Source of the DNA: an uncultured Bacillota bacterium
GTDB lineage: Bacteria > Bacillota > Clostridia > Christensenellales > Borkfalkiaceae
Assembly (NCBI GenBank): GCA_949287895.1
Contig: CASEIS010000118.1
Location: forward strand, 2,808-66,807
Direction of reading: 5' to 3'
DNA length: 64,000 bases
Below the pieces are notes generated by a model that saw only the letters and a program-made list of their open reading frames with translations, had not been told where the DNA came from and did not search any database. Below are positions 1 through 9,777 of this stretch, one piece after another. The translations under genes were made by a program, and so were the position numbers. Position 1 is the first letter of the stretch. Every line of letters starts with the position of its first letter.

Positions 1-2
1 TC

Positions 3-134
3 TCTTTGGAGGAGCGCATGGGCTGCGGTATCGGCGCCTGCCTCGTGTGCGTGTGCAAAAAGAGCGGTTCGGAGGAAAACGTGCGCGTCTGCAAGGACGG
101 GCCCGTCTTCGATATCAATGAGGTGGAGATCTGA
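3..134 (+). CDS. pyrK: Dihydroorotate dehydrogenase electron transfer subunit, C-terminal fragment (5' end outside window)
   Basis: Frame 3 reads [18 protein letters not shown]...[10 protein letters not shown], the PyrK 2Fe-2S motif; its TGA overlaps the pyrD ATG. Confidence 0.9.
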   Translation, partial: SLEERMGCGIGACLVCVCKKSGSEENVRVCKDGPVFDINEVEI

Positions 135-1045
135 TGGCAAAGCTGAATGTCAATATCTGCGGGGTGGACTTCAAGAACCCCGTCATCGCGGCGAGCGGTA
201 CCTTCGGGTTCGGCAAAGAGTTTGACGAGATCTACGACATCTCCTGTCTGGGCGGCATCAGTACCAAGGGGCTGACGCTTGAGCCGCGGCTCGGCAATCC
301 GACGCCCCGCATCGCGGAGGCGCACGGCGTCATCCTCAATTCTGTCGGCCTGCAGAACCCGGGCGTCGACGCGTTTTTGCGCGACGACCTCGACTTTTTG
401 AAGGGCAAACACATCGCGATCGTCGCCAACGTTGCCGGGCGCACGCTGGACGACTATGCGGGGATCTGCGCGCGGCTGGACGGTTTGGTCGATATGATCG
501 AACTGAACATCTCCTGCCCCAACGTCAAATGCGGCGGCATGGCGTTCGGTATCCGCCCGGAGAGCGTAAAGGAGGCGACGCGCGTCGCCAAGAGCGCGCT
601 CAAGCATACGCCGCTCATGGTCAAACTTTCTCCCAACGTCGAGAGCATTCCCGCCAACGCGCGCGCGGCGGAGGAGGGCGGCGCGGACGCGCTTTCCCTC
701 ATCAATACCCTCAACGGTATGGTCATCGATATCGAGCGGCGCAGGCCGTTTTTTGCCAACGTCACGGCGGGCGTGTCGGGTGCGGGCATCCGCCCGATCG
801 CGGTGCGCATGGTCTGGGAGGCGTGCAATGCGGTCAGCATCCCCGTCATGGGGATGGGCGGGATCACCTGCGCGGAAGACGCGCTGCAATTTATCCTCGC
901 GGGTGCGGCCGCGGTGCAGGTGGGTACGGCGAATTTCTCGGATACCCTCGCCATGCCCAAGATCATCGAAGGCCTGAATGCGTGGCTGGATGCGCACGGC
1001 GTCGCCGACATCAACGAGCTGCGCGGCGCGCTGCAGCTCGGCTGA
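134..1045 (+). CDS. pyrD: Dihydroorotate dehydrogenase 1B, catalytic subunit
   Basis: KNPVIAASGTFG, NSVGLQNPG, ELNISCPN and VKLSPN motifs; follows pyrK. Confidence 0.95.
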   Translation: MAKLNVNICGVDFKNPVIAASGTFGFGKEFDEIYDISCLGGISTKGLTLEPRLGNPTPRIAEAHGVILNSVGLQNPGVDAFLRDDLDFLKGKHIAIVANVAGRTLDDYAGICARLDGLVDMIELNISCPNVKCGGMAFGIRPESVKEATRVAKSALKHTPLMVKLSPNVESIPANARAAEEGGADALSLINTLNGMVIDIERRRPFFANVTAGVSGAGIRPIAVRMVWEACNAVSIPVMGMGGITCAEDALQFILAGAAAVQVGTANFSDTLAMPKIIEGLNAWLDAHGVADINELRGALQLG

Positions 1046-1072
1046 ACGAGGCGGGGCGGCCCTGCTTCGCGG

Positions 1073-1747
1073 TCAGAGCGTCTTGAACCGATATCCCTCG
1101 TTTTGGAAGTAGGAGATGATCTTCGGCAGCGCGCGCAGCGTCTGCCGATAGCCGACCCCGTCGTGCAGCAACAGCAGGACGGGGTCTTTATTTTGCGCGG
1201 TGCGGACGGCGTTTTCAAAGAGCTGTTCGGCGGAATAGTTGCCCTCCGCATCGCCTGCGGATGCGTTCCAATCGTAGTAACGGTAGCCTGCCGCTTTCAC
1301 GGCGGCGCGCAGATCGGGGCAGAGAAAGGAACCGCCCGGGAAGCGGTAGATCTTCCGGTCGTAACGTGGCAGCACGGCGCGGATGGCGGCGCGGCAGCGG
1401 CCGATATCCTCGATCAGCGCTTCGCGGCTGTGATAGATGGTGCCGTAGTCGTGCGTGTAGGTGTGGATGCCGATCGCGTGCCCCTCGGCCGCGGTGCGGC
1501 GCAGGATCTCTTCCCGCCCGCGGATCTGCCGCCCGATCACGAAGAAGGTCGCCTTGACGCCGAGATCGCGCAGGATATCGAGCACTTTGGGCGTCGTTGA
1601 GTCGGTCGGGCCGTCGTCGAAGGTGAGAAAGATGGTGCGTTCGCTCGCATCTGCCCGAACGGAAGGTGCGGCGGCTGCGGGGTACGTTCCGCAGGCGAGC
1701 GGGCATATGCAGAGCAGTGCGGCGAGGAGAAAGGAGAGCATCTTCAT
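1073..1747 (-). CDS. Secreted or lipoprotein polysaccharide deacetylase (CE4/NodB)
   Basis: LTFDDGP, HTYTH, RFPGG and LLLHD motifs; hydrophobic signal after MKMLSFLL; start uncertain (ORF track begins at 1816). Confidence 0.85.
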   Translation of the reverse strand: MKMLSFLLAALLCICPLACGTYPAAAAPSVRADASERTIFLTFDDGPTDSTTPKVLDILRDLGVKATFFVIGRQIRGREEILRRTAAEGHAIGIHTYTHDYGTIYHSREALIEDIGRCRAAIRAVLPRYDRKIYRFPGGSFLCPDLRAAVKAAGYRYYDWNASAGDAEGNYSAEQLFENAVRTAQNKDPVLLLLHDGVGYRQTLRALPKIISYFQNEGYRFKTL

Positions 1748-1836
1748 ACGGTATAGTTTGCGCGCGATGGCATATTCTGCGCGCGCGGCGGCAAATTCCG
1801 TGAAAAAATTTTTCAAAAAAATATCCTTTCAAACGG

Positions 1837-1865
1837 TTGACAAACTTTTGCGGGTATGGTATGAT
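1837..1865 (+). promoter_or_regulatory. SigA-type promoter of the T-box/trpB2 unit
   Basis: TTGACA-17 bp-TATGAT with extended TG. Confidence 0.8.
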
Positions 1866-1869
1866 TGAG

Positions 1870-2131
1870 AAAACCGATGAGGTAAAGTAGTAACCTGCGT
1901 GGACAAACGCACAGAGAGTTTCCGGCGGTGGGATGGAGACGGTTTGGCGCAGCGCGAATGGATTACCGAGGGCGGGTGCGAAAGGCAACGAGTAGTGCTC
2001 GACGTGGCTTTCACGTTACAGGAAGAGGATATGATAGTATCCGTAATGAGGCGGCGCCTGTTATGGCGCAGCGAACTTGGGTGGCAACACGATCGATTCG
2101 TCCCGAAACGAGTCGGTCGTGCTTTTTTTTG
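1870..2131 (+). promoter_or_regulatory. T-box riboswitch, Trp specifier
   Basis: AGAGA box in stem I, GAA-TGG-A specifier (TGG 1959-1961), T-box AACTTGGGTGGCAACACG (2074-2091), then hairpin and T-run. Confidence 0.9.
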
Positions 2132-2167
2132 TCAAAAAAATATTTTTATATCAGGAGGAACACAAAA

Positions 2168-3550
2168 ATGGCAACCAACCCGATCCCGTACAAGATCTAC
2201 CTTTCCGAAGACGAGATCCCGAAGCAGTGGTATAACCTGAACGCCGTCATGCAGCATAAGCACGAGCCGTTTTTGAACCCGGCTACGCTGCAGCCCTGCA
2301 AACCGGAGGAGCTTAAAGCCGTTTTCTGCGACGAGTGCGTCGATCAGGAGCTCAACCGCACGGACGTTTACATCGATATCCCGGAGGACATCCGTTCCTT
2401 CTACAAGATGTATCGCCCGTCGCCGCTGGTGCGCGCCTACGTCCTCGAAAAGGCGCTCGGCACGCCCGCGCATATATATTATAAGTTTGAGGGCAACAAC
2501 ACGTCCGGCTCGCACAAGCTCAACTCTGCCGTCGCGCAGGCGTACTACGCGAAGAAGCAGGGGCTGAAGTCGGTCACGACGGAGACGGGAGCCGGCCAGT
2601 GGGGCACGGCGCTCTCCATGGCGTGCGCTTTCTACGGGCTGGATCTCTCCGTGTATATGGTCAAGGTCTCCAGCGAGCAGAAGCCGTACCGCAAGGAGGT
2701 CATGCGCACCTACGGCGCGAAAGTCATTCCGTCCCCTTCGGATACGACGGAAGCGGGGCGCAAGATCCTCAAAGAGTTCCCCGGCACGGGCGGTTCGCTC
2801 GGCTGTGCCATCAGCGAGGCGGTCGAAAAGGCGGTCACGACGCCTGCTTGCCGCTACGTGCTCGGCAGCGTGCTCGACCACGTCGTGCTGCATCAGTCGG
2901 TCATCGGTCTCGAGAGCAAGGCGGCGATGGACAAATACGGCGTGCAGCCGGACGTCATCATCGGCTGCGTCGGCGGCGGCTCCAACTTCGGCGGCCTGAT
3001 CGCGCCGTTCATGGGCGACAAGATCCTCGGCAAGAACGACATCGAATTTATCGGCGTCGAGCCTGCGAGCTGCCCTTCGCTCACGCGCGGCAAGTTCGTC
3101 TACGACTTCTGCGACAGCGCGAAGATCACGCCGCTCGCCAAGATGTATACGCTCGGCTGCGAATTTATGCCTTCCGCCAACCATGCCGGCGGCCTGCGCT
3201 ACCACGGCATGAGCCCGATCGTCTCCGAACTCTATCACGAGGGGTTGATGCGCGCCGTCGCCGTCGAGCAGACAAAAGTGTTCGAGGCGGCAGAGCAGTT
3301 TGCGCGCACCGAGGGCATCCTTCCCGCACCCGAATCCAGCCACGCCATCCGCGTCGCCATCGACGAGGCGCTCAAGTGCAAGGAGACGGGTGAGGCCAAG
3401 ACCATTCTCTTCGGCCTGACCGGTACCGGCTACTTCGATATGGCGGCCTATAAACAGTACAACGACGGTACCATGACGGACAGCATCCCGACCGACGAGG
3501 ATCTCGCGAAGGGCTTTGCTTCCATTCCCGATATCCCGCAGAATAAATAA
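2168..3550 (+). CDS. trpB2: Tryptophan synthase beta chain, TrpB2 type
   Basis: IPKQWYNL, SGSHKLN (PLP Lys), TETGAGQWG, GGGSNFGG, HAGGLRYHG; RBS AGGAGG; no adjacent trpA. Confidence 0.92.
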   Translation: MATNPIPYKIYLSEDEIPKQWYNLNAVMQHKHEPFLNPATLQPCKPEELKAVFCDECVDQELNRTDVYIDIPEDIRSFYKMYRPSPLVRAYVLEKALGTPAHIYYKFEGNNTSGSHKLNSAVAQAYYAKKQGLKSVTTETGAGQWGTALSMACAFYGLDLSVYMVKVSSEQKPYRKEVMRTYGAKVIPSPSDTTEAGRKILKEFPGTGGSLGCAISEAVEKAVTTPACRYVLGSVLDHVVLHQSVIGLESKAAMDKYGVQPDVIIGCVGGGSNFGGLIAPFMGDKILGKNDIEFIGVEPASCPSLTRGKFVYDFCDSAKITPLAKMYTLGCEFMPSANHAGGLRYHGMSPIVSELYHEGLMRAVAVEQTKVFEAAEQFARTEGILPAPESSHAIRVAIDEALKCKETGEAKTILFGLTGTGYFDMAAYKQYNDGTMTDSIPTDEDLAKGFASIPDIPQNK

Positions 3551-3573
3551 CGGAATAAATTCAGATAAAACCA

Positions 3574-3602
3574 TTTACAAAGGCTCGTTTTAGTGGTATA
3601 AT
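3574..3602 (+). promoter_or_regulatory. SigA-type promoter upstream of galM
   Basis: TTTACA-17 bp-TATAAT with extended TG. Confidence 0.65.
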
Positions 3603-3761
3603 AGAGGGAGAACGATGGGTTCTCCCTCTATATATTGTGTTGGAGGGCTGCGGTGCCGTTCAGCGGCGCCGACAAAAATTCGCCCGTGCGCGGGCCGCGA
3701 TTGCGAGAGATCGCCCTTGCGGGGGACATGATCATAGAAATTCTCTTAAGGAGTTCAGACA

Positions 3762-4811
3762 ATGATTCAATCGAGCATATTCGGGAAGACGGCAGACGGC
3801 AGGAATGTAATGGCGTTTCGCATCAAGGACGGCGTCAATGAGGCGGTGATCCTGAGTATGGGTGGTATCATCCAGTCGCTGCGGGTCGCCGACAGGCGCG
3901 GTTACCCCGTCGACGTGGTCCTCGGTTACAACGACGTGGCGAGCTACGAGCGCTATCCCGAGTATATCGGCGGGATCATCGGCCGTTGCGCCAACCGCAT
4001 CGAGAACGGCCATATGTGCATCGACGGCGTCGACTACGACCTCTTCAAAAATGATCACGGTCACCATCTGCACGGCGGCCAGGTCGGCTTCGATAAAAAG
4101 CTTTGGAATTATGTCTTTGAAGGCCGCGACGGGAACACGCTCGCGCTGAGCATGACCAGCCCCGACGGCGATGAAAATTATCCGGGCAACCTGAACGTGC
4201 AGATCCGCTACTCTTTGGTGGACGGCGAGCTGCGCATCGAGTATGCCGCAATGGCCGACCGCAAGACGGTCATCAACATGACCAACCATGCCTGCTTCAA
4301 CTTGAACGGCGAGGCGGAAGGGGATGTGCTCGACCACGTGCTGACCATCAACGCAGACAAGATCACGCCGACGGACGACGCGCTCATCCCGCACGGATCC
4401 TTCCGCAACGTGAAGGGGACGCCCTTCGATTTCCGCACGCCGCACAAGATCGGCGAGAGGATCGGCGATACGTCGGACGCGGATATCGTCCGGCAGGGCG
4501 GTTACGACGTCAACTATCTGCTCAACAAGCGCCCGAACGAATTTACGAAGGCGGCGGAAGTGACGAGCGAGGAGACAGGCATCACGATGGAGGTACTCAC
4601 CAACAAGCCCGCGCTGCAGCTGTACACCTGCAACAAGCTCGACCATGACGGCAAGTCCGGGCATTACGGACCGCACGCCGGCCTCTGTCTTGAATCGCAG
4701 TTCATCCCGAACGCGGTCAACTGCCCGTCGTACGCGATGCACGGCGACCCCGTATTCGATAAAAATAAGATCTATCACTACGCTACGACCTACAAGTTCA
4801 CGCACAAATAA
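3762..4811 (+). CDS. galM: Aldose 1-epimerase (galactose mutarotase)
   Basis: GRCANRI, HLHGG, YPGNL, NMTNH, GYDVNY and GLCLESQ motifs. Confidence 0.9.
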   Translation: MIQSSIFGKTADGRNVMAFRIKDGVNEAVILSMGGIIQSLRVADRRGYPVDVVLGYNDVASYERYPEYIGGIIGRCANRIENGHMCIDGVDYDLFKNDHGHHLHGGQVGFDKKLWNYVFEGRDGNTLALSMTSPDGDENYPGNLNVQIRYSLVDGELRIEYAAMADRKTVINMTNHACFNLNGEAEGDVLDHVLTINADKITPTDDALIPHGSFRNVKGTPFDFRTPHKIGERIGDTSDADIVRQGGYDVNYLLNKRPNEFTKAAEVTSEETGITMEVLTNKPALQLYTCNKLDHDGKSGHYGPHAGLCLESQFIPNAVNCPSYAMHGDPVFDKNKIYHYATTYKFTHK

Positions 4812-4826
4812 TTCGCGGTTTACAGC

Positions 4827-4855
4827 GATCTATGTCAGAGAGAGTACTCTGTAAA
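4827..4855 (+). repeat. 29-bp dispersed motif, copy 1
   Basis: GATCTATGTCAGAGAGAGTACTCTGTAAA; intergenic. Confidence 0.8.
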
Positions 4856-4944
4856 TTGTTGAAAAATTCAATTTATTGCATATATTCTGCAAAACGGTGC
4901 CTTTCGCGCCGTTTTTGCGGTTTTGAAAGGAGCTGCCGATTTTT

Positions 4945-5481
4945 ATGAAATTTTTGATCGCTTCCGACATCCACGGCTCGTGCATCTATGCGCAGCGCAT
5001 CGCCGACCTTCTCGCGGAAGAGGGCGCCGATCAGCTGATCCTGCTCGGCGACATCTACAACCACGGGCCGCGCAATCCACTCCCCGAGGGCTACGACCCG
5101 ATGGGCGTCGCAAAGATCTTAAACGGCATGGTCGACCGACTGACCGTTATCAAGGGTAACTGCGACAGCGACGTCGATACGATGATCTCCGACTTCGAAT
5201 TCGTCTCGGAGGGGATCCTCATGTCGGGGGGCAAGAAGATTTTTTTGCAGCACGGCGATCGCTTCAGCATCGACGCGCTTCCCAAAAACTGCGGCGACGC
5301 CTTCTTCTACGGCCATTATCATACGGGGTTCATCGAACGCCGCGGCGGCGTGCTCGTCGCCAACTGCGGCTCGATATCCCTGCCCAAAAACGGAACGCCG
5401 CGCAGCTATCTCCTGCTGGACGGCGCCCATCTTTCGCTCAAAGATCTCGGCAAAAACGTCCTTGCCGAGGCGGACATCTGA
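4945..5481 (+). CDS. YfcE/MJ0936-family metallophosphoesterase
   Basis: SDIHG, GDIYNHGPRN, GNCD and GHYH motifs. Confidence 0.88.
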   Translation: MKFLIASDIHGSCIYAQRIADLLAEEGADQLILLGDIYNHGPRNPLPEGYDPMGVAKILNGMVDRLTVIKGNCDSDVDTMISDFEFVSEGILMSGGKKIFLQHGDRFSIDALPKNCGDAFFYGHYHTGFIERRGGVLVANCGSISLPKNGTPRSYLLLDGAHLSLKDLGKNVLAEADI

Positions 5482-5552
5482 TCGCAGCTTCGCCTGCAGC
5501 GAGATCTTCAAAACAGTTCAAAATTTATTTATGTATATGAGGTAAACGTCTT

Positions 5553-6533
5553 ATGGAAAAGATCCGGATCGGTATCGTCGGATACGGCAACCTGGGCCGC
5601 GGCGTGCAGTACGCGGCCACGCAGAACGAAGATATGGAAATCGTCGCCGTCTTCACTCGCCGCGACCCCGTGGCGGTCAAGACCGTTCTCCCCGTCAAGG
5701 TGGAGACGATGGAGGCGATGCAGAGTTACGTCGGTAAGATCGACGTCATGATCTTGTGCGGCGGCAGCGCGACAGACCTGCCCAAGCAGTCGGCAGAGGT
5801 CGTACGCCTGTTCAATACGGTGGACAGCTTCGACACGCACGCGCACATTCCCGAATATTTCGATCGCCTGGACGGGGCGGCGAAGGAAGCCGGCCACGTC
5901 GGAGCGATGAGCATCGGCTGGGATCCCGGCCTGTTCTCGCTCGCGCGCATCTACTTCGGTTCGGCGCTTTCGCAGGGCAAGACGTACACCTTCTGGGGCA
6001 AGGGGGTCAGCCAGGGGCACAGCGACGCCATCCGCCGCGTGCCCGGCGTCAAGGACGCGCGTCAGTACACCGTTCCCGTCGAGGAGGCGCTGCGCCGCGT
6101 GCGCAGCGGCGAAGAGCCCGAGCTGACCACGCGCGAGAAGCATACGCGCGAGTGCTACGTCGTCGCCGAAGAGGGCGCCGACCTCGCGCGCATCGAGCAC
6201 GACATCAAGACGATGCCCGATTATTTCGCCGACTACGATACGACGGTGTATTTTATTTCTGAAGAAGAGTTGCAGCGCGACCATGCCGGCATCCCGCACG
6301 GCGGCTTTGTGCTTCGCTCCGGCCGTTCGGCGACGGACAACCGCTTCCTGATGGAGTTTTCTTTGAAGTTGGACAGCAACCCGGAATTTACTTCGAGCGT
6401 GCTCGTCGCCTACGCGCGCGCCGTCTATCGCCTGCACAAAGAGGGGAAGACGGGCGCCGTCACCGCCTTTGACGTCGCACCGAAATATCTCAGCCCGCTC
6501 TCTGAAGCGGAGCAGCGCCGCCAGCTGCTTTGA
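5553..6533 (+). CDS. ddh: meso-Diaminopimelate D-dehydrogenase
   Basis: GYGNLG, CGGSATDLP, DSFDTH, GWDPG, FWGKGVSQGHSDA, NPEFTSS. Confidence 0.95.
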   Translation: MEKIRIGIVGYGNLGRGVQYAATQNEDMEIVAVFTRRDPVAVKTVLPVKVETMEAMQSYVGKIDVMILCGGSATDLPKQSAEVVRLFNTVDSFDTHAHIPEYFDRLDGAAKEAGHVGAMSIGWDPGLFSLARIYFGSALSQGKTYTFWGKGVSQGHSDAIRRVPGVKDARQYTVPVEEALRRVRSGEEPELTTREKHTRECYVVAEEGADLARIEHDIKTMPDYFADYDTTVYFISEEELQRDHAGIPHGGFVLRSGRSATDNRFLMEFSLKLDSNPEFTSSVLVAYARAVYRLHKEGKTGAVTAFDVAPKYLSPLSEAEQRRQLL

Positions 6534-6631
6534 TCGGCGGCAATATCGTATATAAGGGGCGCACCGATGTCGGCGCGCCTCTTTCTTTGTTTTGTTTTTT
6601 CACAGAAATTGCGGGAACTTTGGCGAAAGGA

Positions 6632-6660
6632 TTGCAACGGCGCGCGAAATGTGATAAAAT
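6632..6660 (+). promoter_or_regulatory. SigA-type promoter of the paaK-ior cluster
   Basis: TTGCAA-17 bp-TAAAAT with extended TG. Confidence 0.65.
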
Positions 6661-6704
6661 AATAAGTAACTGATTCCTTTTCGGAATAATCACGAGGTGG
6701 AGTT

Positions 6705-8000
6705 ATGATGTTCAGCCCAGAGATCGAAACGATCGACCGCAAAGCGCTGCGCGAAATGCAGCTGGAACGTTTGAAGTATATCGTGCGCTATGCGTATGAG
6801 AACGTGCCTATGTACCGCCGCCGGTTTGACGCGATCGGGCTCAAGCCGGAGCACATCCGCACGCTGAAAGATATCGAGCTGATCCCGTATACGACCAAAG
6901 ACGACCTGCGCGACAATTATCCCTTCGGGATGTTCGCCGTACCGATGAAAAAGATCATCCGTCTGCACGCGTCTTCGGGCACGACGGGCAAGCCCGTCGT
7001 CGGCGGCTATACGCGCAAGGACCTTGACAACTGGTCGACCTGCATCGCTCGCATCCTGACGATGGCGGGGGCGACGGATGAAGATATCTTCCACGTCGCG
7101 TTCGGCTATGGCTTGTTTACGGGCGGTTTCGGTCTGCATTACGGCGTCGAAAAGTTGGGCGCGACCGTCGTGCCCGTCTCTTCGGGCAACACCGAACGCC
7201 AGCTCATGCTGATGAAAGATTTCGGCGCGACGGCGCTGATCGCGACGCCGAGTTATGCGATGTACCTCGCCGAAACGGCCAAGAGCAAGGGGATCCTGCC
7301 CGACCTCAAGCTGCGCCTGATCTGCATGGGGGCGGAGGCCTCCACGGCGGAGATGCACGAGTCGCTGCAAAAGCTGTTCGGCGCCTTCCCGACCGAAAAC
7401 TACGGCTTGACCGAAGTGGGCGGCCCCGGCGTATCGGGCGAGTGCCGCGAAAAGGCGGGCATGCACATCAACGAAGATATGTTCTACCCCGAGATCGTCG
7501 ATATCGAGCACAACCGCGTGCTCGGCGAGGGCGAGCTCGGCGAAATGGTCATCACGACGTTGACCAAAGAGGGGATGCCCGTGCTGCGCTACCGCACCAA
7601 GGACATCACTTCCATCACCTACGAGCCCTGCCGCTGCGGCCGCACGCTCGCGCGCATGTCGCGCGTGGTCGGGCGCACGGACGACATGCTCATCATCCGC
7701 GGCGTCAACGTCTTCCCCTCGCAGATCGAGAGCGTCCTGATGAGTATGGACGAGCTGGGCAAGATGTACGAGATCGTCGTCGACCGCGTCAACTATATGG
7801 ATACCATCGAGGTGCGTGTGGAAGTGGACGACGCGAGCCTGTTGACCGACTACTCCAAGCTGGAGGCGCTCGTCGCCAAGATCAAGCACAACCTGCGCGT
7901 CGTGCTGCAGCTTGACGTCAAGGTCAAGCTGGTCGAGCCCTTCTCCATCCGCCGTACGGAAGGGAAGGTCAAGCGCGTCATTGACCTGCGTAAAAAGTAA
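6705..8000 (+). CDS. paaK: Phenylacetate-CoA ligase family protein, copy 1
   Basis: HASSGTTGKP, YGLFTGG, YGLTEVGGPG, RYRTKD, GRTDDMLIIRGVNVFPSQIE. Confidence 0.9.
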   Translation: MMFSPEIETIDRKALREMQLERLKYIVRYAYENVPMYRRRFDAIGLKPEHIRTLKDIELIPYTTKDDLRDNYPFGMFAVPMKKIIRLHASSGTTGKPVVGGYTRKDLDNWSTCIARILTMAGATDEDIFHVAFGYGLFTGGFGLHYGVEKLGATVVPVSSGNTERQLMLMKDFGATALIATPSYAMYLAETAKSKGILPDLKLRLICMGAEASTAEMHESLQKLFGAFPTENYGLTEVGGPGVSGECREKAGMHINEDMFYPEIVDIEHNRVLGEGELGEMVITTLTKEGMPVLRYRTKDITSITYEPCRCGRTLARMSRVVGRTDDMLIIRGVNVFPSQIESVLMSMDELGKMYEIVVDRVNYMDTIEVRVEVDDASLLTDYSKLEALVAKIKHNLRVVLQLDVKVKLVEPFSIRRTEGKVKRVIDLRKK

Positions 8001-8057
8001 AATATCCGGGCAAATGCCCGTTTCGCTTGCAAATCATTCACAGAGGTTAAGGTTATT

Positions 8058-9776
8058 ATGAAGAAATTGTTATTGGGAGATTTCGCCGTCGCGCGCGGCG
8101 CCTGGGAAGCGGGCGTTAAAGTGGCGACCGCGTATCCCGGCACCCCGTCGACCGAGATCACGGAGGAGCTTGCTCGCTACGACGACGTTTACAGCGAGTG
8201 GTCTCCGAATGAGAAAGTGGCTCTGGAAGTCGGGATCGGCGCGTCCATCCGCGGCGCGCGCACCATCGTTTCGATGAAGCACGTCGGCCTGAACGTCGCC
8301 TGCGACCCGCTCTTTACCGCGTCGTACACCGGCGTCAATGCTGGCCTCGTCATCGCCGTGGCGGACGACCCGTCCGTATTCAGCTCGCAGAACGAGCAGG
8401 ATACCCGCGTGACGGCCGTCAGCGCCCAGGTGCCCGTGCTCGAACCTTCGGACAGCATGGAATCGAAAGAGTTTGCCAAACTCGCGTTTGAACTCTCCGA
8501 ACAGTACGATACGCCCGTCATCCTGCGCATGACGACGCGCGTCGCACATTCGCAGAGCCTCGTCGAGCTGGGCGAGCGGCAGGAACTTCCCCTCAAAAAT
8601 TACGAAAAGAATATCGCAAAGTACGTCATGATGCCCGCCAACGCGCGCGTCAAGCACACCGTCGTCGAAGAGCGCATGGCGAAGATGTCGGCGGATGCCG
8701 ATACGCTCGCCATCAACCGCATCGAGATGGGCGATACCAAGATCGGCATCATCTGTGCGGGCGGCGTGTACGAATATGTGAAGGAGGCGCTCCCCGAAGC
8801 GAGCGTGCTCAAGCTCGGCATGGTCTATCCGCTGCCGTATAAACTCATCGAAAAATTTGCCGCGAGCGTCGACCGCTGCATCGTTGCGGAAGAACTCGCG
8901 CCGCATATCGAGACGCTCGTCAAGGCGCACGGCATCGCGGTGGAGGGCAAAAATATCTTCCCGCGCTGCGGCGAATTTTCTGCCAACCTCATCCGCCGCT
9001 GTATTCTCGGTGAGGATACGGCCGTCGCGCCCGCACAGGTGCCCGCGCGCCCGCCCGTGTTGTGTGCGGGCTGCCCGCATCGCGGCGTCTTCTACGTCCT
9101 TTCTAAACTCAAGCTCAACGTGCTCGGCGACATCGGCTGCTATACGCTGGGCGCCGTGCCGCCCCTCGGCTCAATGGACGCCGTCGTCTGCATGGGCGCG
9201 AGCATCGGCATGGCGATCGGCTTTGACAAGGCTGATCCAGAAGCGCATAAGCACTCGGTTGCGGTCATCGGCGACTCGACCTTCATCCACAGCGGCATCA
9301 CCGGGCTCATCGACGCCGTCTATAACAAGGCGCCGGTCACGGTCATCATCCTCGACAACCGCACGACGGGCATGACGGGGCACCAGAACCATCCTGCGAC
9401 GGGCAAGACCATCAAAAACGAGCCTACATACGAGCTCGACCTCGCGGTGGTGTGCCGCGCCGTCGGCGTGCCGAACGTGCGCACTGTCGACCCGGGCGAC
9501 CTCGCTGCAACGGAGCGGGCGGTCAAGGAAGAGCTCGCCAAAGACGAGGTTTCCGTCATCATCGCCAAAAAGCCGTGCGCGCTGCTGACAAAGCGGTTAT
9601 ATAAGGGATTCCGCATCAACGAAAACTGCAAGAAGTGCAAGGCGTGCCTCAAGCTCGGCTGCCCCGCGATCGTCAACGGCAAAGACGGCATCACCATCGA
9701 CGTCTCGCTGTGCACGGAGTGCGGGCTGTGCAAGGGCGTCTGCAAATTCGGCGCGATCGAAGGGGAGGTGCAGTAA
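8058..9776 (+). CDS. iorA: Indolepyruvate:ferredoxin oxidoreductase alpha subunit
   Basis: YPGTPSTEI, NEKVALE, MKHVGLNVA, CAGCPHR, GDIGCYTLG, GDSTFIHSG; C-terminal 2x[4Fe-4S] motifs. Confidence 0.95.
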   Translation: MKKLLLGDFAVARGAWEAGVKVATAYPGTPSTEITEELARYDDVYSEWSPNEKVALEVGIGASIRGARTIVSMKHVGLNVACDPLFTASYTGVNAGLVIAVADDPSVFSSQNEQDTRVTAVSAQVPVLEPSDSMESKEFAKLAFELSEQYDTPVILRMTTRVAHSQSLVELGERQELPLKNYEKNIAKYVMMPANARVKHTVVEERMAKMSADADTLAINRIEMGDTKIGIICAGGVYEYVKEALPEASVLKLGMVYPLPYKLIEKFAASVDRCIVAEELAPHIETLVKAHGIAVEGKNIFPRCGEFSANLIRRCILGEDTAVAPAQVPARPPVLCAGCPHRGVFYVLSKLKLNVLGDIGCYTLGAVPPLGSMDAVVCMGASIGMAIGFDKADPEAHKHSVAVIGDSTFIHSGITGLIDAVYNKAPVTVIILDNRTTGMTGHQNHPATGKTIKNEPTYELDLAVVCRAVGVPNVRTVDPGDLAATERAVKEELAKDEVSVIIAKKPCALLTKRLYKGFRINENCKKCKACLKLGCPAIVNGKDGITIDVSLCTECGLCKGVCKFGAIEGEVQ

Positions 9777-9777
9777 C

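Noticed and set aside
1928-2167. 80-aa N-terminal extension of TrpB2 in the ORF track
   Set aside because: This is the T-box leader; the RBS-supported start is 2168.
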